Part shown: piece by piece, positions 25,563 to 40,215 of the stretch
Numbering within the stretch: position 1 is the stretch's first letter
How the letters are laid out: every line of letters begins with the position of its first letter
From: Eledone cirrhosa
Lineage: Eukaryota
Direction: 5' to 3'
Length of the DNA stretch: 64,000 nucleotides
NCBI GenBank assembly: GCA_964016885.1
Contig: OZ024751.1
Coordinates: 17,732,001-17,796,000, forward strand
Made by a program: the position numbers and the translations under genes
The notes under the pieces: generated by a model
Told to the model about the DNA's origin: nothing
The model's database searches: none
What the model saw: the letters and a program-made list of their open reading frames with translations, nothing else

Positions 25563-28500
25563 TTTATATATATGTATATATATATATATATATATATGTC
25601 TGTACAAATGTATATGTGCCTGTGTGAATATGCATCTACGTACATGCAATACACAGAAACATACACACATACATACACACATACATACATACATACATAC
25701 ATACATACATACATACATACATACATACATACATACATACATACATACATACATACGTTTGCATATTTTCTTTAACCTCATTATCCCCCACTATCTGTGT
25801 CCAGTGTCCACAACATTAAGTTGTTAATTTAGCATGACCGGAAACAACCGAACTACATGGAATTTTACGGTCCGTGGCCTAATCACTAAAGTGACCATAA
25901 CCTAAAGTAGACGAGTTACTCAGTCCTGGGTCGTTCTACTGTTTTAAAGATGGTCGCTTATCTATTAAAACCGGAAAACCGGAAGTGATGAGTCAGTTGG
26001 AGTATTACGACCACCATTTTTAATGGAGATAGCTTGCTTTTAGTATGGAGCAGTGAAAGGGGAACCTATACCAGATCGCATGACCTGCTGGAAATAGCAA
26101 CCCGAAGTTTTGCAAAGAACATCCTAACATATTTTCATAAAATACCCCTAGAAACAAAAGTATAAATGACATATTAAATAATTGTTACTACTTTTGGCAC
26201 AAGGCCAGCCATTATACCAGTACATTACTGGTACATTATTTTATCGACTCCGTAAAGATGAAAGGCAAAGTTAACCCCGGCGGGATTTGATCTGAAGGTC
26301 CATAAATCTATACTGCCAATTGTATGCTGGTGTTTCTATGTGCCTCTTGGTTATGTGTGTGTGGGGGGGGGGGGGGGCATGATTGAAGGGATTACAGCAA
26401 CAACAACGACAACAACAATAATGGCTACGATATCTGCAGCAATAGGATCTACAACACCAGGAGGCGATAACTGCAACATTATCAGAAACAACAGTGATGG
26501 AAGCGTATGTGTGTGTATATGTGTGAGTGTTGTGTAGGTTTCGGCCCTCCGTCGGTTCAGACGAGGATTGTTCTAGTTGTTCAAACAAATGGAACTGCCT
26601 GTTTGTGAAGTTAACGTGCAAGTAAGTTATCATTCCACATATACTTCCACGTACTTCTGAGAGAGATTCAGTTTGACACAGCGAGAGACAAAGCTGGCTA
26701 TGTTTTAATTCAATACTTGTTTAGCAATACTCTGAAAGGGTCAATCACTAGTTGATTAATTCAGCTCTCAAAACATGGTTTTCACTTTGAGATCGATAAT
26801 TATTAGGAACAATTACTATATACAATATAATCGAGTAAACCGTTGAAAGGTGTGCTACTGCTTAGCTGTAGTTTAATGTCCAAAATCTATTAAAAATTAT
26901 GAAGGAACATATTTTTCCCTGCCAAATCAAGCTTACTTACTTGTTTGGGGGCAACTGGTTGTTAACTATAAGCAAGATCAAACAGGAATGAATCTGCGCC
27001 GTCAAAAATCAGGTAGGATATAAATGCAAACCTTTCGTCGGACACTGTGCTTTGCAGCATAGAGTTACGGCCGTTTACGGTCTGAGTTCAAATCCCGCCG
27101 AAGTTAACTTTGCCTTTCATCCTTATGGAGTCGATAAAATAAAGCACCAGAAACGTACTGGGGTCGATTTAATCGACTCCCCCCCCCCTAAATTATTGGC
27201 CCTGTGCCTATACTAGAAATCATTATTTCTATCAATGGAAGATGACATATTATAACAGGTTATATTCAAGAATGGAGGAGCTTCGCATAGATGTAACTAT
27301 GCTGGACTTATGATCATAATATCATGGGTTTGATGCCTGGACTAGGTTGCGTTTTGTTCTTATGCAAAACACTTAATTTTACGTTTCCCCAGTATACTCG
27401 GCTGAAAATTAGTATCTGCAATATCTGGGGGTTTAACTCTGCGATTGACTGACCTCCTGTTTAGATGCAAATGCCTGAAATAACGGGTCCTGGATGTTAA
27501 ACCTTTAATCTTCTGTTTGCTCGTAGAACAACAACAACAATTTCTTTTATTCTGTTATTTACATATATTTCTGGCAATGAAAGAGAATCTTGCAATAAAT
27601 AAATTATTTATAAAAGTTCTGTTGATTAATTAACCCCCATTAACTCTGTTTTCAATTATAGATTCAACTAATTGATCTGGTTTAATTACGTTGACCTAAC
27701 GATTGTAATTGCATTTATAATAATGTTCATTTTTCTTTCTTTCTCGAGCCTCCTGATGATAAGAATTCGAAGTCGAACACAACTCCGTTTGAATTAATAT
27801 ACATAAAAACAAGCATTGAAATATCTTCCTTGAATATATCCTCGGTTTTATGGACCACACTTCGTGCCACATCTCCTAGGGCTTTCTTAAACTCCTCTTT
27901 GCAAGGAATAGGGAAATCTATTGATTTTGTTTTTAACTTTAAAACCGAGGTTTATCAAATTTCTTCTCACATTTTCCTGGATCTATTCGCCAGGTAAAGA
28001 AGTACTATATTTTACGAGATACATCTTTTCCCTGCTCCAACTCACTTTCCTATGTTTACCTCAACAAGCCTAATCACCTTGTTTCACCTACAATCTTTGT
28101 TATTACTTCCCTGTTTTACAAAGTAATAATTCTCACGCTCTTCGTTTTGTATACTCAACTGTACTTGTTAGTGTACGTCTCTAAAATTGAAACCTTGTCT
28201 GTATATTTTATTCTTTCGTTGCCTATATTCCTTTAAAATGTGTGTTTGATTCGTTTCAGATAAATGCATGAGAACTTGGTTGTTTATATTAGAGCTTCAA
28301 CAAATGCAATAAGGAGGCTCTTCTACTTCAAAAGTAGCCATTTTGCAATGCGTGTAAATATTCAAAATGGCTACTTTCCCAACAGGAACAGAAAGTTACA
28401 ATGTTTAACAATAAAACTTTCTTTTACTTCAGGTGATGCGGGAGACCACCAAACTTATTAAAAGACTTACGTTAGTAAATCTGGAATTTAAAAACATTTC

Positions 28501-28852
28501 TTTCATACGATGTAATCCGTTTAAAACTTACCTTCTTCTCGGGGCTTTCTTAGAGAAGTCCATTCCTATAATAATAACAATAATAAAAAAAATAATAATA
28601 GAAACAACGACAACAAAAAAAAGTAAAAGGAATAATAATAATGATAGAGCTAGCAACAACAACGACAACAACAACTACTATTTTAAAACTAAAACAATAG
28701 TACCAACATGAAAAAAATATAAGACGGACAATAGTAATTTTAAACATTTATTAATAATTGTAACAAGTCGGTGTGACATCAAGAATGGATTCGCTTTTGT
28801 TTTACTTTGCCTCTAGACCCAATATACTGTGTGTGAGTGTGCGTACAGGGAT

Positions 28853-29003
28853 ACACTGGAAGTGGAAGACAAGGTTAACGTATGTTGATGCCCTAAGGAC
28901 AGACACTGGTCTGTTGGAGACGCAGGACATGGCAACGATAATGAGGGACAGAGACCGCTGGAGAGAACTCGTCCATGGATCTCGGGAATGTTACCTGCCC
29001 TAG
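28853..29003 (+). mobile_element. RTE-X/RTE LINE extreme 3' end
   Basis: [39 protein letters not shown], same family as 17464-17793 and 35022-35362; ends in (TA)n. Confidence 0.85.
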
Positions 29004-29025
29004 AATATATATATATGTATGTATG

Positions 29026-29056
<31 letters not shown>

Positions 29057-29096
29057 GAATACGCACAGATGGTCACACACTTATATCATGTATATG

Positions 29097-29131
<35 letters not shown>

Positions 29132-29712
29132 CCGCATGCTCAAACACCTATTCGCGATATATATATTCTGAGACAGAGAGAGTGTGTGTGAAAGAGAGAG
29201 AGAGAGAGACGGGGAGAGGAAGTGTCCGACAGAGATATAATCACAATGAGACGGAGAGAGAGAGAGAGAGAGAGAGAGATGTTGAGGAGATCTGACCAAA
29301 GTTTACAAACACTTGACAGAAAGGTTTCTGTGGAGACGGCACTTCTCTTAATCTCTGAACATGCTTCTATTGAGTAGTTTTACTTGTTTCATACAACTTA
29401 ACCTTATTTATTTATTCCTTTATTCGCTTATTCCTTTATTCCTTTGCTTATATATTTGTTGTTTTTGTTAGTTAGTTTGGTTAGTTGTTTGATTCTTGGG
29501 TTGTTTGATTGTTTCAAAATGGCCGTCTTTATAGCACTTCCCATCCATCTGCTACCGTCCTCCTTTATTCGTGTTCGACAAAGCTACTCTGTTATTCCCT
29601 AGTTGTAGAGTGCTGATTATTCTGTTTTTGTCGACTTAACTATGTAGTTAGTAAGTGTGTATACACGGATACTAATGTATGTTTGTATGTATGTACGTAC
29701 GTATATATGTAT

Positions 29713-29747
<35 letters not shown>

Positions 29748-29911
29748 GTGTAAAGGTATATATATATGTGTGTATATGTGTTTATGTATATATGTATACA
29801 TATCTATATATATATATATATGTCTATAGGTATATACATATGTGTATATAAATGTGTCCATGTATATATGTATACATATTATACACATACATATATATAT
29901 ATATACATATT

Positions 29912-30005
<94 letters not shown>

Positions 30006-30070
30006 AGTGTATATATATATATATATATATATGCATGTATGTAAATATATACATATGTACGTAAGTACGC

Positions 30071-30112
<42 letters not shown>

Positions 30113-30353
30113 TGCGTGTGCGTATAAATATATACATATTTCAGTGTATATATGTAAGTATGTGTGACTTATGTGAGACAGATCAACACTTTCTTATTTC
30201 TATTTATTTTTATATATTTTTATTATTTTTACTATAAAGTTGACAGCATTACAGTTTTGATGTCTTTGTTGACGTGTTCGTAAGCTGAGGCCTAATCTGA
30301 CTACATCGTTCCGTTTCTTCCGTATATATGTATATATATACATACATACATAC

Positions 30354-30385
<32 letters not shown>

Positions 30386-30400
30386 GAGTGTGTGTGGATA

Positions 30401-30439
<39 letters not shown>

Positions 30440-30758
30440 CTTTAGGTATATATGTATATATATTTATATATATGTGTGTGTGCATATAGATATATATATA
30501 TATATGTATATATATATGTGTATGTGTGTGTCTGCGTGTGTCTCCCCGTCTGTGTGGGGGTATATATATATATATATTTTTTTTTATTTTTTAATGTATT
30601 CATATGTGTGTGTATGTTTGGGTTTCTGTGTGTATCTATCCGGTGAATATTCTTTTTGTAGGTGGAAGTGTGAGAATGTGTGCATTCCAATTATTTTTGT
30701 GTTTTTTTCATTTTCTCGCTTTCACTATCCCCATCTCAACACCTCTCTCTCTCTCTCG

Positions 30759-30856
<98 letters not shown>

Positions 30857-31309
30857 CTATCTATCTATATATATATATATATATATTTATCTATCTATAT
30901 ATCTATTTATCTATCTATCTATCTATCTATTTATTTATCTATCTACCTCTCTGTCAATCTATATATTTATCTTTCTACTGGTCTGTCTGTCTATCTATCT
31001 GTCTATCTATGTACCTATCTATTTATCTACCTGTCTATCTATCAATCTATCTGCCAATCTATATATATATATAATATAATTTATAATATATATATAATAT
31101 AATATATATATAATATAATTTATAATTTATATATATATATATATATAATTTCCATACCTTTCATTTATATATATATATCTATATCTCTATCTATCTCACC
31201 TCATTTTTTGCTTTTAGCGCTTTCGTTTCTTTTTTCATTGTATCGTTCCCTATTTGCTGTCTCCTTTCTTTTCATTTTAACTTATTTTCTCCATGCCAAC
31301 TTCATCCTT

Positions 31310-31417
<108 letters not shown>

Positions 31418-31474
31418 TACATACACACTGGTAAGGGAGAAAGCAGCGATGTTTTGCTTAAACTTTAATGTTAT

Positions 31475-31775
31475 TTTAGATGAACGATTTCAAACGTCTC
31501 TGATGGGCTCGCCTGTCTTCGTGAAACCTTTGGTAAATGGAATAATTGTATTGTGTTGTTTATCACACACACACTCACACACATGTATATATATATATAA
31601 AATAAACATTTTTCTCTGATGAATGAAGACAGACATAAATATCTGTCTTCAAGAAACCACTGGTAAATGAAATAATTATCTTATGTTGTTTATTACATAA
31701 CTAAAAAGCTCTGTAGCCTTCATAGAGCACTCTCTTTTCCTTTACCTTTCCTACTGAAATAATAGTTACATATCA
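31475..31775 (+). mobile_element. Two HHR-family B pieces in tandem
   Basis: First has eroded core (TAGATGA) then GAAA-CCTTTGG-TA; second has CTGATGA 31616-31622, stem II TGAAGACAGA/TCTGTCTTCA, GAAA-CCACTGG-TA, weak stem I; tail shared with 49030-49120, 52870-52956 and 59021-59110 (minus). Confidence 0.7.
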
Positions 31776-31804
31776 TACAAATACATCTCTCTCTATATAT
31801 ATAT

Positions 31805-32005
31805 ATAGGAACTAGTAGGACCCCGACGGCTGAGCTCAAGCCGTCTCGACGGCTAATTCTTCATTTAGTGAAGAATTAGCCGTCGAAACGGCTTGAGCTC
31901 AACCGTCGGGGTCCTACTTGTTCCTATTACCCACTCTACTACCCTAAGTATTGAGTAATTTAGTGCGTTATGGTCCATCTGGTTCCTTACCACATTTCCT
32001 TCGTT
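31805..32005. mobile_element. Palindromic HHR-family C element (arms 31805-31927, tail to 32005)
   Basis: ~59-bp arms around TTTAG (centre 31866); GAAA-CGGCTTGAGCTCAACCG-TC-GGGGTCC; (TA)n both sides. Confidence 0.8.
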
Positions 32006-32293
32006 ATATATATATACATTAACACATAACATTCGCGCACTATCATTGTTTATCGATCACTATGTTGACAATTTATCAGCCAATTTACATAATCATCCAT
32101 TTAATTATTAATTCTATCATTTGCTCTCATTGTATCGCCCTCCCTCCTCCCAACAAAACTCTCCCTAGTCTCTCCCCGCCTCAAATTCTTTAAATCTTCG
32201 AAACACTGTCTTCATATTTCTCATTTCTTTCCCATATCTATCAATACATAACGTTGCCCCCCCCCCTCTAAAATATCTTCCTCTCATCTTTCA

Positions 32294-32341
<48 letters not shown>

Positions 32342-32635
32342 TTATCTATCTATCTATATATACATATATATATACATATAAATATATATATGTATATATA
32401 TGTATATATATATGTATATATATGTATATATATATGTATATATGTATATATATATACACATATATACATATATATATGTGTGTGTGTGTTATATAAATGT
32501 GTATATATATATACATACACACAAACAAACACACTTTGCACATTTATTTATTTATTACTGTATTTGTCTATCTTGTCTGTCTGTCTGTCACCAAACGTTC
32601 TGTTGGTTTTCACTTTTTCATATACGTATTTATAC

Positions 32636-32691
<56 letters not shown>

Positions 32692-32694
32692 GTG

Positions 32695-32822
<128 letters not shown>

Positions 32823-32882
32823 TACATATATATGTGTTGTGTATGTGTTATATAAATGTGTATATATGCGTGTGTTTGTATG

Positions 32883-32914
<32 letters not shown>

Positions 32915-33311
32915 AACACACTTTGCACATATCATCTTCGGAGGAGGCACCAGCCTCCAAGCAAATCTTACTACCCCTCATCTATCCGTCACAACAACGC
33001 CTATGGGGATGTCTGTCTTATATTTAAAAAAAAATCTTACATTTATTTATTTACATATTTACATATTTATCATCATCAATATTAGTATTATTATTATTAG
33101 TGTCAACATCGTCTTCACCATCACCATCATCAACAGCATCATCATCATCACCATCATCAACAGCGTCATCATCATCATCATCATCAACAGCGTCATCGGA
33201 CTTAAGCAACTTTCTGTGAGTGCCTCAGGAAATGGTGAGCGATAAAGAAGGTTTTGTCAGTGTTGACGGATTGTGCCGGATTAAGGTTTAAGGAGAGAAA
33301 GAAGAGAGTGA

Positions 33312-33608
33312 CAGAAGAAGAAGAAGAAGAAGAAGAAGAAGAAGAAGAAGAAGAAGAAGAAGAAGAAGAAGAAGAAGAAGAAGAAGAAGAAGAAGAAGAA
33401 GAAGAAGAAGAAGAAGAAGAAGAAGAAGAAGAAGAAGAAGAAGAAGAAGAAGAAGAAGAAGAAGAAGAAGAAGAAGAGGGAGGAGGAGGAGATAAAGAAG
33501 AAGATAAAGAAGCAGGAGAAGGAGAAGAAGAAGAAGAAGAAGAAGAAGAAGAAGAAGAAGAAGAAGAAGAAGAAGAAGAAGAAGAAGAAGAAGAAGAAGA
33601 AGAAGAAG
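33312..33608. repeat. (GAA)n microsatellite, two blocks
   Basis: Direct observation. Confidence 0.95.
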
Positions 33609-33901
33609 AGAGAGATAGTAAGAAAGGGATTGTGGAATTAAAATTGAGTGTATGTAAGGTTTAAAAGAAGCAGGGTTAGAACAAGATGAAGGTTAATCCG
33701 GAGATTCAGTCGAAAGTAAATGAAAAAAAATAAAGAATAAAATAAAATATGAAGACAAACAGTGAAAGTTAAATGATGAAAGAAACAACAACAACAACAA
33801 TAACGGCAGCAGCAGTAAGAACAAGAAGAAGACAACTATAACAATATTAACAGAATAACTAAAATAGTGAGAACGAAGGTGAAAAGCAACAGAACACATT
33901 C

Positions 33902-33972
<71 letters not shown>

Positions 33973-34059
33973 AATGATGGATGGAAGATCACTGATGAAG
34001 GACTAACTTTATTCATATGTAACCCATTAGCAACCACGCAGCACGTTTATTCTCATATT

Positions 34060-34137
<78 letters not shown>

Positions 34138-34151
34138 TATACATGTATATA

Positions 34152-34398
34152 TAACCGATAAGGTCTGGTTTCTGGAGTATGTCACTATTTATAAAACAAA
34201 CTTTGTATTTTATCTGATGAGACCGTACCAAAAGTTTTGGTATCCTTGAAATATATATAATAAAATAAATATGGTTTATAAATATAGTTTCCATTTAGTA
34301 ATATCATTAATATTATACTCCAGGAAACTTGTTGAGTGCTTCGAATCTGTTATAAATAAATTTGTTGAATTACCAATAAATTAAATATCTCTTTGCTT
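34152..34398 (+). mobile_element. Single-arm HHR-family A element in (TA)n
   Basis: Colinear with the right arm and tail of 41681-42092; tail-only copy at ~3285-3395. Confidence 0.8.
34206..34267 (+). ncRNA. Type I HHR motif, intact core (AUA triplet)
   Basis: TATTTTAT-CTGATGA-GACCGTACCAAAAGTTTTGGTATCCTT-GAAA-T-ATAT-A-TA-ATAAAATA; 8-bp stem I; stem II base weak (G-U, A-U, then two mismatches). Confidence 0.7.
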
Positions 34399-34448
34399 AT
34401 ATATATATATATATCAAATGAAAATCCGAAGGCAAGGTAAAATTCCAA

Positions 34449-34536
34449 TCATTTAATCACGACACATGATTCAATAAGAGATTGATCGATTGTGAAGCCA
34501 TCATCGATTATCACTGATCTCATCAGGTGAAAATGA
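34449..34536 (-). ncRNA. Degenerate type I HHR of a further family (GUC triplet)
   Basis: Minus strand TCATTTTCAC-CTGATGA-...-GAAT-C-ATGT-G-TC-GTGATTAAATGA; stem I pairs, GAAA mutated to GAAT. Confidence 0.5.
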
Positions 34537-34640
34537 ATTGTCTTCAAATTCTTGATACGAGCGAGAAAAATAACGATGTTCTCTCACAGAATTCATTACC
34601 TCATATACACAACCTATAATGCACCGTACTATGTAACAAC

Positions 34641-34700
<60 letters not shown>

Positions 34701-34889
34701 CAATAATATTAATAAATTGAAAATATCTTTATAAAACCATATTTATTTTATTATATGTATTTCAAAGGTACTAATATTTAAGTACGCTTTCGTGTGATAA
34801 AATATAATAATTGGTGTAAAGATTGTGACATATCCTAATCTGTTGTAAAATTAACTTTGTTGAATAATTAACGAACCAAATAACTCATT

Positions 34890-35020
<131 letters not shown>

Positions 35021-35021
35021 C

Positions 35022-35362
35022 ACACACGAGAATGCTGAGGATAGTTCTGAACATGAATCAGTATACACTGAGGATGAAAAACGCAGAGCTGTACGGGAAC
35101 CTCCCAAAAGTCAGCTCGAGAGTAGCACAGAGGAGATTGGGTTTAGCTGGACATGCTCACCTCACCAACATCCTGAGTTGACACTGCACTCATTGCTCCT
35201 GTGGGAGTTCCTGCATGGACACACTGGAAGAGGGAGATCGAGGTTGACATATGTTGATGCCCTAAGGACAGACACTGGTCTCTTGGAGACGCAGGACATG
35301 GCAGCGATGATGAGGGACAGAGACCGTTGGAGAGAACTCGTCCATCTCGGGAATTTTAGCCG
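35022..35362 (+). mobile_element. RTE-X/RTE LINE 3' fragment
   Basis: [38 protein letters not shown] / [27 protein letters not shown], with a frameshift. Confidence 0.85.
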
Positions 35363-35493
35363 GACTAGAACTGATTGATTTAAATGAAATGAGCAGGAAA
35401 ATGATGGTTTATTTTGAATAAAACTGCTCTAGTCCCGTAAAACCATTTCTATATTAAACATGATGTTTACAATCTACTAATGTACTGAGTACC

Positions 35494-35608
<115 letters not shown>

Positions 35609-35701
35609 GTTGAAAATGAGCAAGCAAAACACAGGCGGCAATTGTACACAGTTATATTAGATTCACGCTTGGTAGAAGTGGAGGTTTCCATGTTTCGGAC
35701 A

Positions 35702-35761
<60 letters not shown>

Positions 35762-35999
35762 GGTGTGGGATACTTAAAGCGTCCGTATGCGTTAGGCCTT
35801 TTGAGCACTCGATGCTCTTACAGAGCAGAGTATAATATCACATAAGAAACGGAGAACCAGTTGTGCGACGAATTAAAATTTATTAGACATACTTGCTAAA
35901 GTACCTTTCCTTTGGACGGTACAAGTAGCTTTCGATGTAGCTCATTAAACTAAACAAAGTAAATTTGAATACATAAAAGAAAACCGTACTTTATGTACA

Positions 36000-36431
36000 C
36001 ATGAAAACCTTAGGCACCATTTCAGCGAAACAATTAATATGTGAAACCGGTGTCATCCGTTATCCCATGTAACAGAAATCCAGTCTAGGTATACATTTTT
36101 TTGACAACAGTAAAAGCGCTCATGAAATCCTAAAATCACCACCACCATGAAATCCCAAAACAAAATTTTTGACAACATCAAATATGAGTTCCTATTGTAT
36201 TGACGAAAGATAACTCTTGGCTTACTTAATCACGAAAATTGACACAAATAACATAAAACTTCCAAAGGCACCAATATCGATTTTGAAAGCCTTTGGAGAT
36301 CATATACAGGTTTTGTGCAAGGAGAAGCTCTGTAAAAAATTTCAAAGAAATCGCATGAATGGTTTAGAATATATGAGCCCTCATTAAAAATTGTCCACAC
36401 ACACAAAACTTCACCTTTATATATATACAGA
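36000..36431 (-). mobile_element. Probable non-autonomous Helitron 5' portion
   Basis: Minus strand starts A|TCTGTATATATATAAAGGTGAAGTTTTGTGTGTGTG..CGATTTCTTTGAAATTTTT; 3' end not found, left boundary approximate. Confidence 0.45.
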
Positions 36432-36739
36432 TTACAATCGTTTCTCTGGTGACCAGCTCGATGCGATGATGGCAGACACATAGAATGTTTTGCAGTATTC
36501 ATTTCAGCTCTCTACACAATCTGAGTTTAAATCCGTCAAGGTCAATGTTGCCTTTTATCCATTCGAGGTCGGTAAAAAATCGTACCAGTCAAGTACTGGG
36601 GTCGATACTTCCTCTCTATCTCACTTCCGTTCTCTCTCACTTTCTCTCTCTCCTTCTTTGGAAGAAATCATATTTTATAGAATGTGAAAAAAATAAAGGA
36701 GAGGACCTAATGTAAGATATAAGGGTCTACAATACTCAA

Positions 36740-37145
36740 ACACTATATACACTATATACTATATACACTATATATACTATATATACTCTATACACTATAT
36801 ATACTATATACACTATATATACTGTATACACTATATTTACTATATACACTATATACTCTATACACTATATATACTATATATACTCTATATACTATATATA
36901 CTATATATACTATATATACTATATACACTATATACACTATATATACTATATACATTATATATACTATATATACTATATATACTATATATACTCTATATAC
37001 TATATATACTATATATACTATATATACTCTATATACTATATATACTATATACACTATATACACTATATATACACTATATATACTCTATATACTATATATA
37101 CTATATACACTATATACACTATATACACTATATATACTATATACA
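36740..37145. repeat. 9-bp minisatellite (CTATATAYA variants)
   Basis: Direct observation. Confidence 0.9.
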
Positions 37146-38046
37146 CACACTATACACAACTGGGTTAATTATACACACGTTACTACATTACTATCCTTTG
37201 CCATAGTATTAGATATAGGATATTCACTAATGAAGTACTATGAGGAAGTACTCAGCCTCTCTCTCCTTCTGCTTCCTCTCCGACGCTTCATATCTACCCT
37301 CACACACTCCCCTCCTCTCTCTCTCTCTCTCTCTTTCTCTCCTCTGCCTCACTCCTCTCTCTCTCTCCCCCCTCTCTCTTCTGTTATTCTAGTTAGTTGG
37401 TGAATTGGCAGTATCGGAAGAGGGTCAGACACCATGCTTTGCAGTATAGAGTCAAGGCCCTTTACATTCTGAGTTCAAATACCGCCGAGGTTAACTTTGC
37501 CTTTCATCCTTACGGCGTCGATAAAACTTTAGTACCAGTAATGCCATGAGGGTTGTTGCTGGCCTTGTGCCAAAAGTAGAAACAATTATAGCTTAGCGTT
37601 TGTGTTTTACATATTTAACAGGACATTGTGTCAGTTAAGAGAATCATTTACCATTTCTACCATTTTTAGCTGAGTGAAGCCATCTTGTTTGTTCTCACAA
37701 GTACCAGTCATGTACTGCGTCAAGTATTACTCTATTTAATCTCAATTTAATATGGGATGTCTGGAATTGTTCCAACTCTCGACACTTGGAGAGGCTTATG
37801 ATCTGTCAAATATCCAACGCATACATAGACACGCACATGTATAACACCACATACATACATAAGTATATATATGTATGTACATGCATACATAGATACATAT
37901 ACACACCCACGCACATAAACGCTCACACTCACACGCATTCAGACACACACACACACTCACAAGCACACTACATGCACACAAACAAATAAACCCATTCATA
38001 CACACACTGAAGTACGCTAACACATACAAACACACACATATATATG

Positions 38047-38096
<50 letters not shown>

Positions 38097-38145
38097 CACA
38101 GACACAGACATATAAATATACATACATATATATATATACACACAC

Positions 38146-38192
<47 letters not shown>

Positions 38193-38488
38193 CAATCATA
38201 CATACACAAACATTTGTCCCGTTCCGTCAACATCCAGCCTAGATATTCAAACACATATAAACAAACACACATGCGTCCTTGTATACACATATGTGCACAC
38301 GTAGACACACATACACCCCAAATCATCACACATGCGCACAATATACATCCCTGCTTCCATCACACCCCTAAACCTACACACTACACCCACGTCCAGCCTC
38401 ACCCTTACATCACCCCACACCGTTTAATTCGCCCGTACAATCGGACATCTCTTAGCAACAATCGAAGCTGGTAAAGCAAACAAAATAC

Positions 38489-38534
<46 letters not shown>

Positions 38535-38744
38535 ATAGATAAACAGATAAACAAATACCGTGCCAGATTGCAAATGGCGACCAGACGTACAGAAATGGCA
38601 CGTGTGGCACCCGACGCTCTATGGCGCCACCTACTCTTGCACTATTCCTACTTACTCGGTCAACACCACCCAACCACCACCAACACCTAACCATGAAAAG
38701 ATCACCACCACCATCAAACTACACTCAGTCTAGTATCACTACCA

Positions 38745-39900
38745 CATTCACCACCAACACCAACACCACCAACTACAGTACCACCAACAACATCACCACT
38801 ACAAGCGTCACAAATACAAACACCAACACAACCACCACCACAACACCACAACAACCACCAGCACCACAACCAACACCACCACTACAAACAACATCACCAC
38901 TACAAGCGTCACAAATAAAGACACCAACACAACCACCACCACAACAATCACCAGCACCTCCACCACCACCACCACCACCAGCACCACCACCACCACCGCA
39001 ATAACGAATATCACAACTACCAACACCGCCATTGTACTAACTACCACTACGACCTCCACCACAACAACCACCAGCACCACAACCAACACCACCACTACAA
39101 GCAACATCACCACTACAAGCGTCACAAATAAAGACACCAACACAACCACCACCACAACAACCACCAGCACCACAACCAACACCACCACTACAAGCAACAT
39201 CACCACTACAAGCGTCACAAATAAAGACACCAACACAACCACCACCACAACAACCACCAGCACCACAACCAACACCACCACTACAAGCAACATCACCACT
39301 ACAAGCGTCACAAATAAAGACACCAACACAACCACCACCACAACAACCACCAGCACCACAACCAACACCACCACTACAAGCAACATCACCACTACAAGCG
39401 TCACAAATAAAGACACCAACACAACCACCACCACAACAACCACCAGCACCACAACCAACACCACCACTACAAGCAACATCACCACTACAAGCGTCACAAA
39501 TAAAGACACCAACACAACCACCACCACAACAACCACCAGCACCACAACCAACACCACCACTACAAACAACATCACCACTACAAGCGTCACAAATAAAGAC
39601 ACCACCACAACCACCACCACAACAATCACCAGCACCTCCACCACCACCACCACCACCAGCACCACCACCACCACCGCAATAACGAATATCACAACTACCA
39701 ACACCGCCATTGTACTAACTACCACTACGACCTCCACCACAACAATCATCACCACAACCAACACCACCACTACAAGCGTCACAAATACAAACACCAACAC
39801 AACCTCCACCACAACAATCACCAGCACCACACCACAAACAACACCACCACTACAAGCAACATCACCACCACAAGCGTCACCAATACAAACACCAACACAA
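38745..39900. repeat. 93-bp CA-rich tandem repeat with duplicated flanking block
   Basis: GTCACAAATAAAGACACC recurs at 39121, 39214, 39307, 39400 and 39493. Confidence 0.9.
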
Positions 39901-39941
39901 TATATAATTATATATATATATAATTTATATATAATTATATA

Positions 39942-39990
<49 letters not shown>

Positions 39991-40174
39991 AAGCGGTGGA
40001 TTGGCAGTATCAGTAGAGAGTCGGACGCCATGCTTTGCAGCAAAGAGTTACGGCCCTTTATGGTCTGAGTTCAAATCCCGATAAGATTAACTTTGCCTTT
40101 CATCCTTATGGGGTCGATAAAATAAAGTACCAGTAATGTACTGGGTAATTGCTGGCTTTGTGCCAAAAGTAGAA

Positions 40175-40215
<41 letters not shown>

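Noticed and set aside
33254-33664. Poly-Glu ORF
   Set aside because: Pure (GAA)n microsatellite with non-ATG start and no supporting splice or domain evidence
38808-39830. 340-aa Val-rich minus-strand ORF
   Set aside because: Antisense shadow of the CA-rich 93-bp repeat
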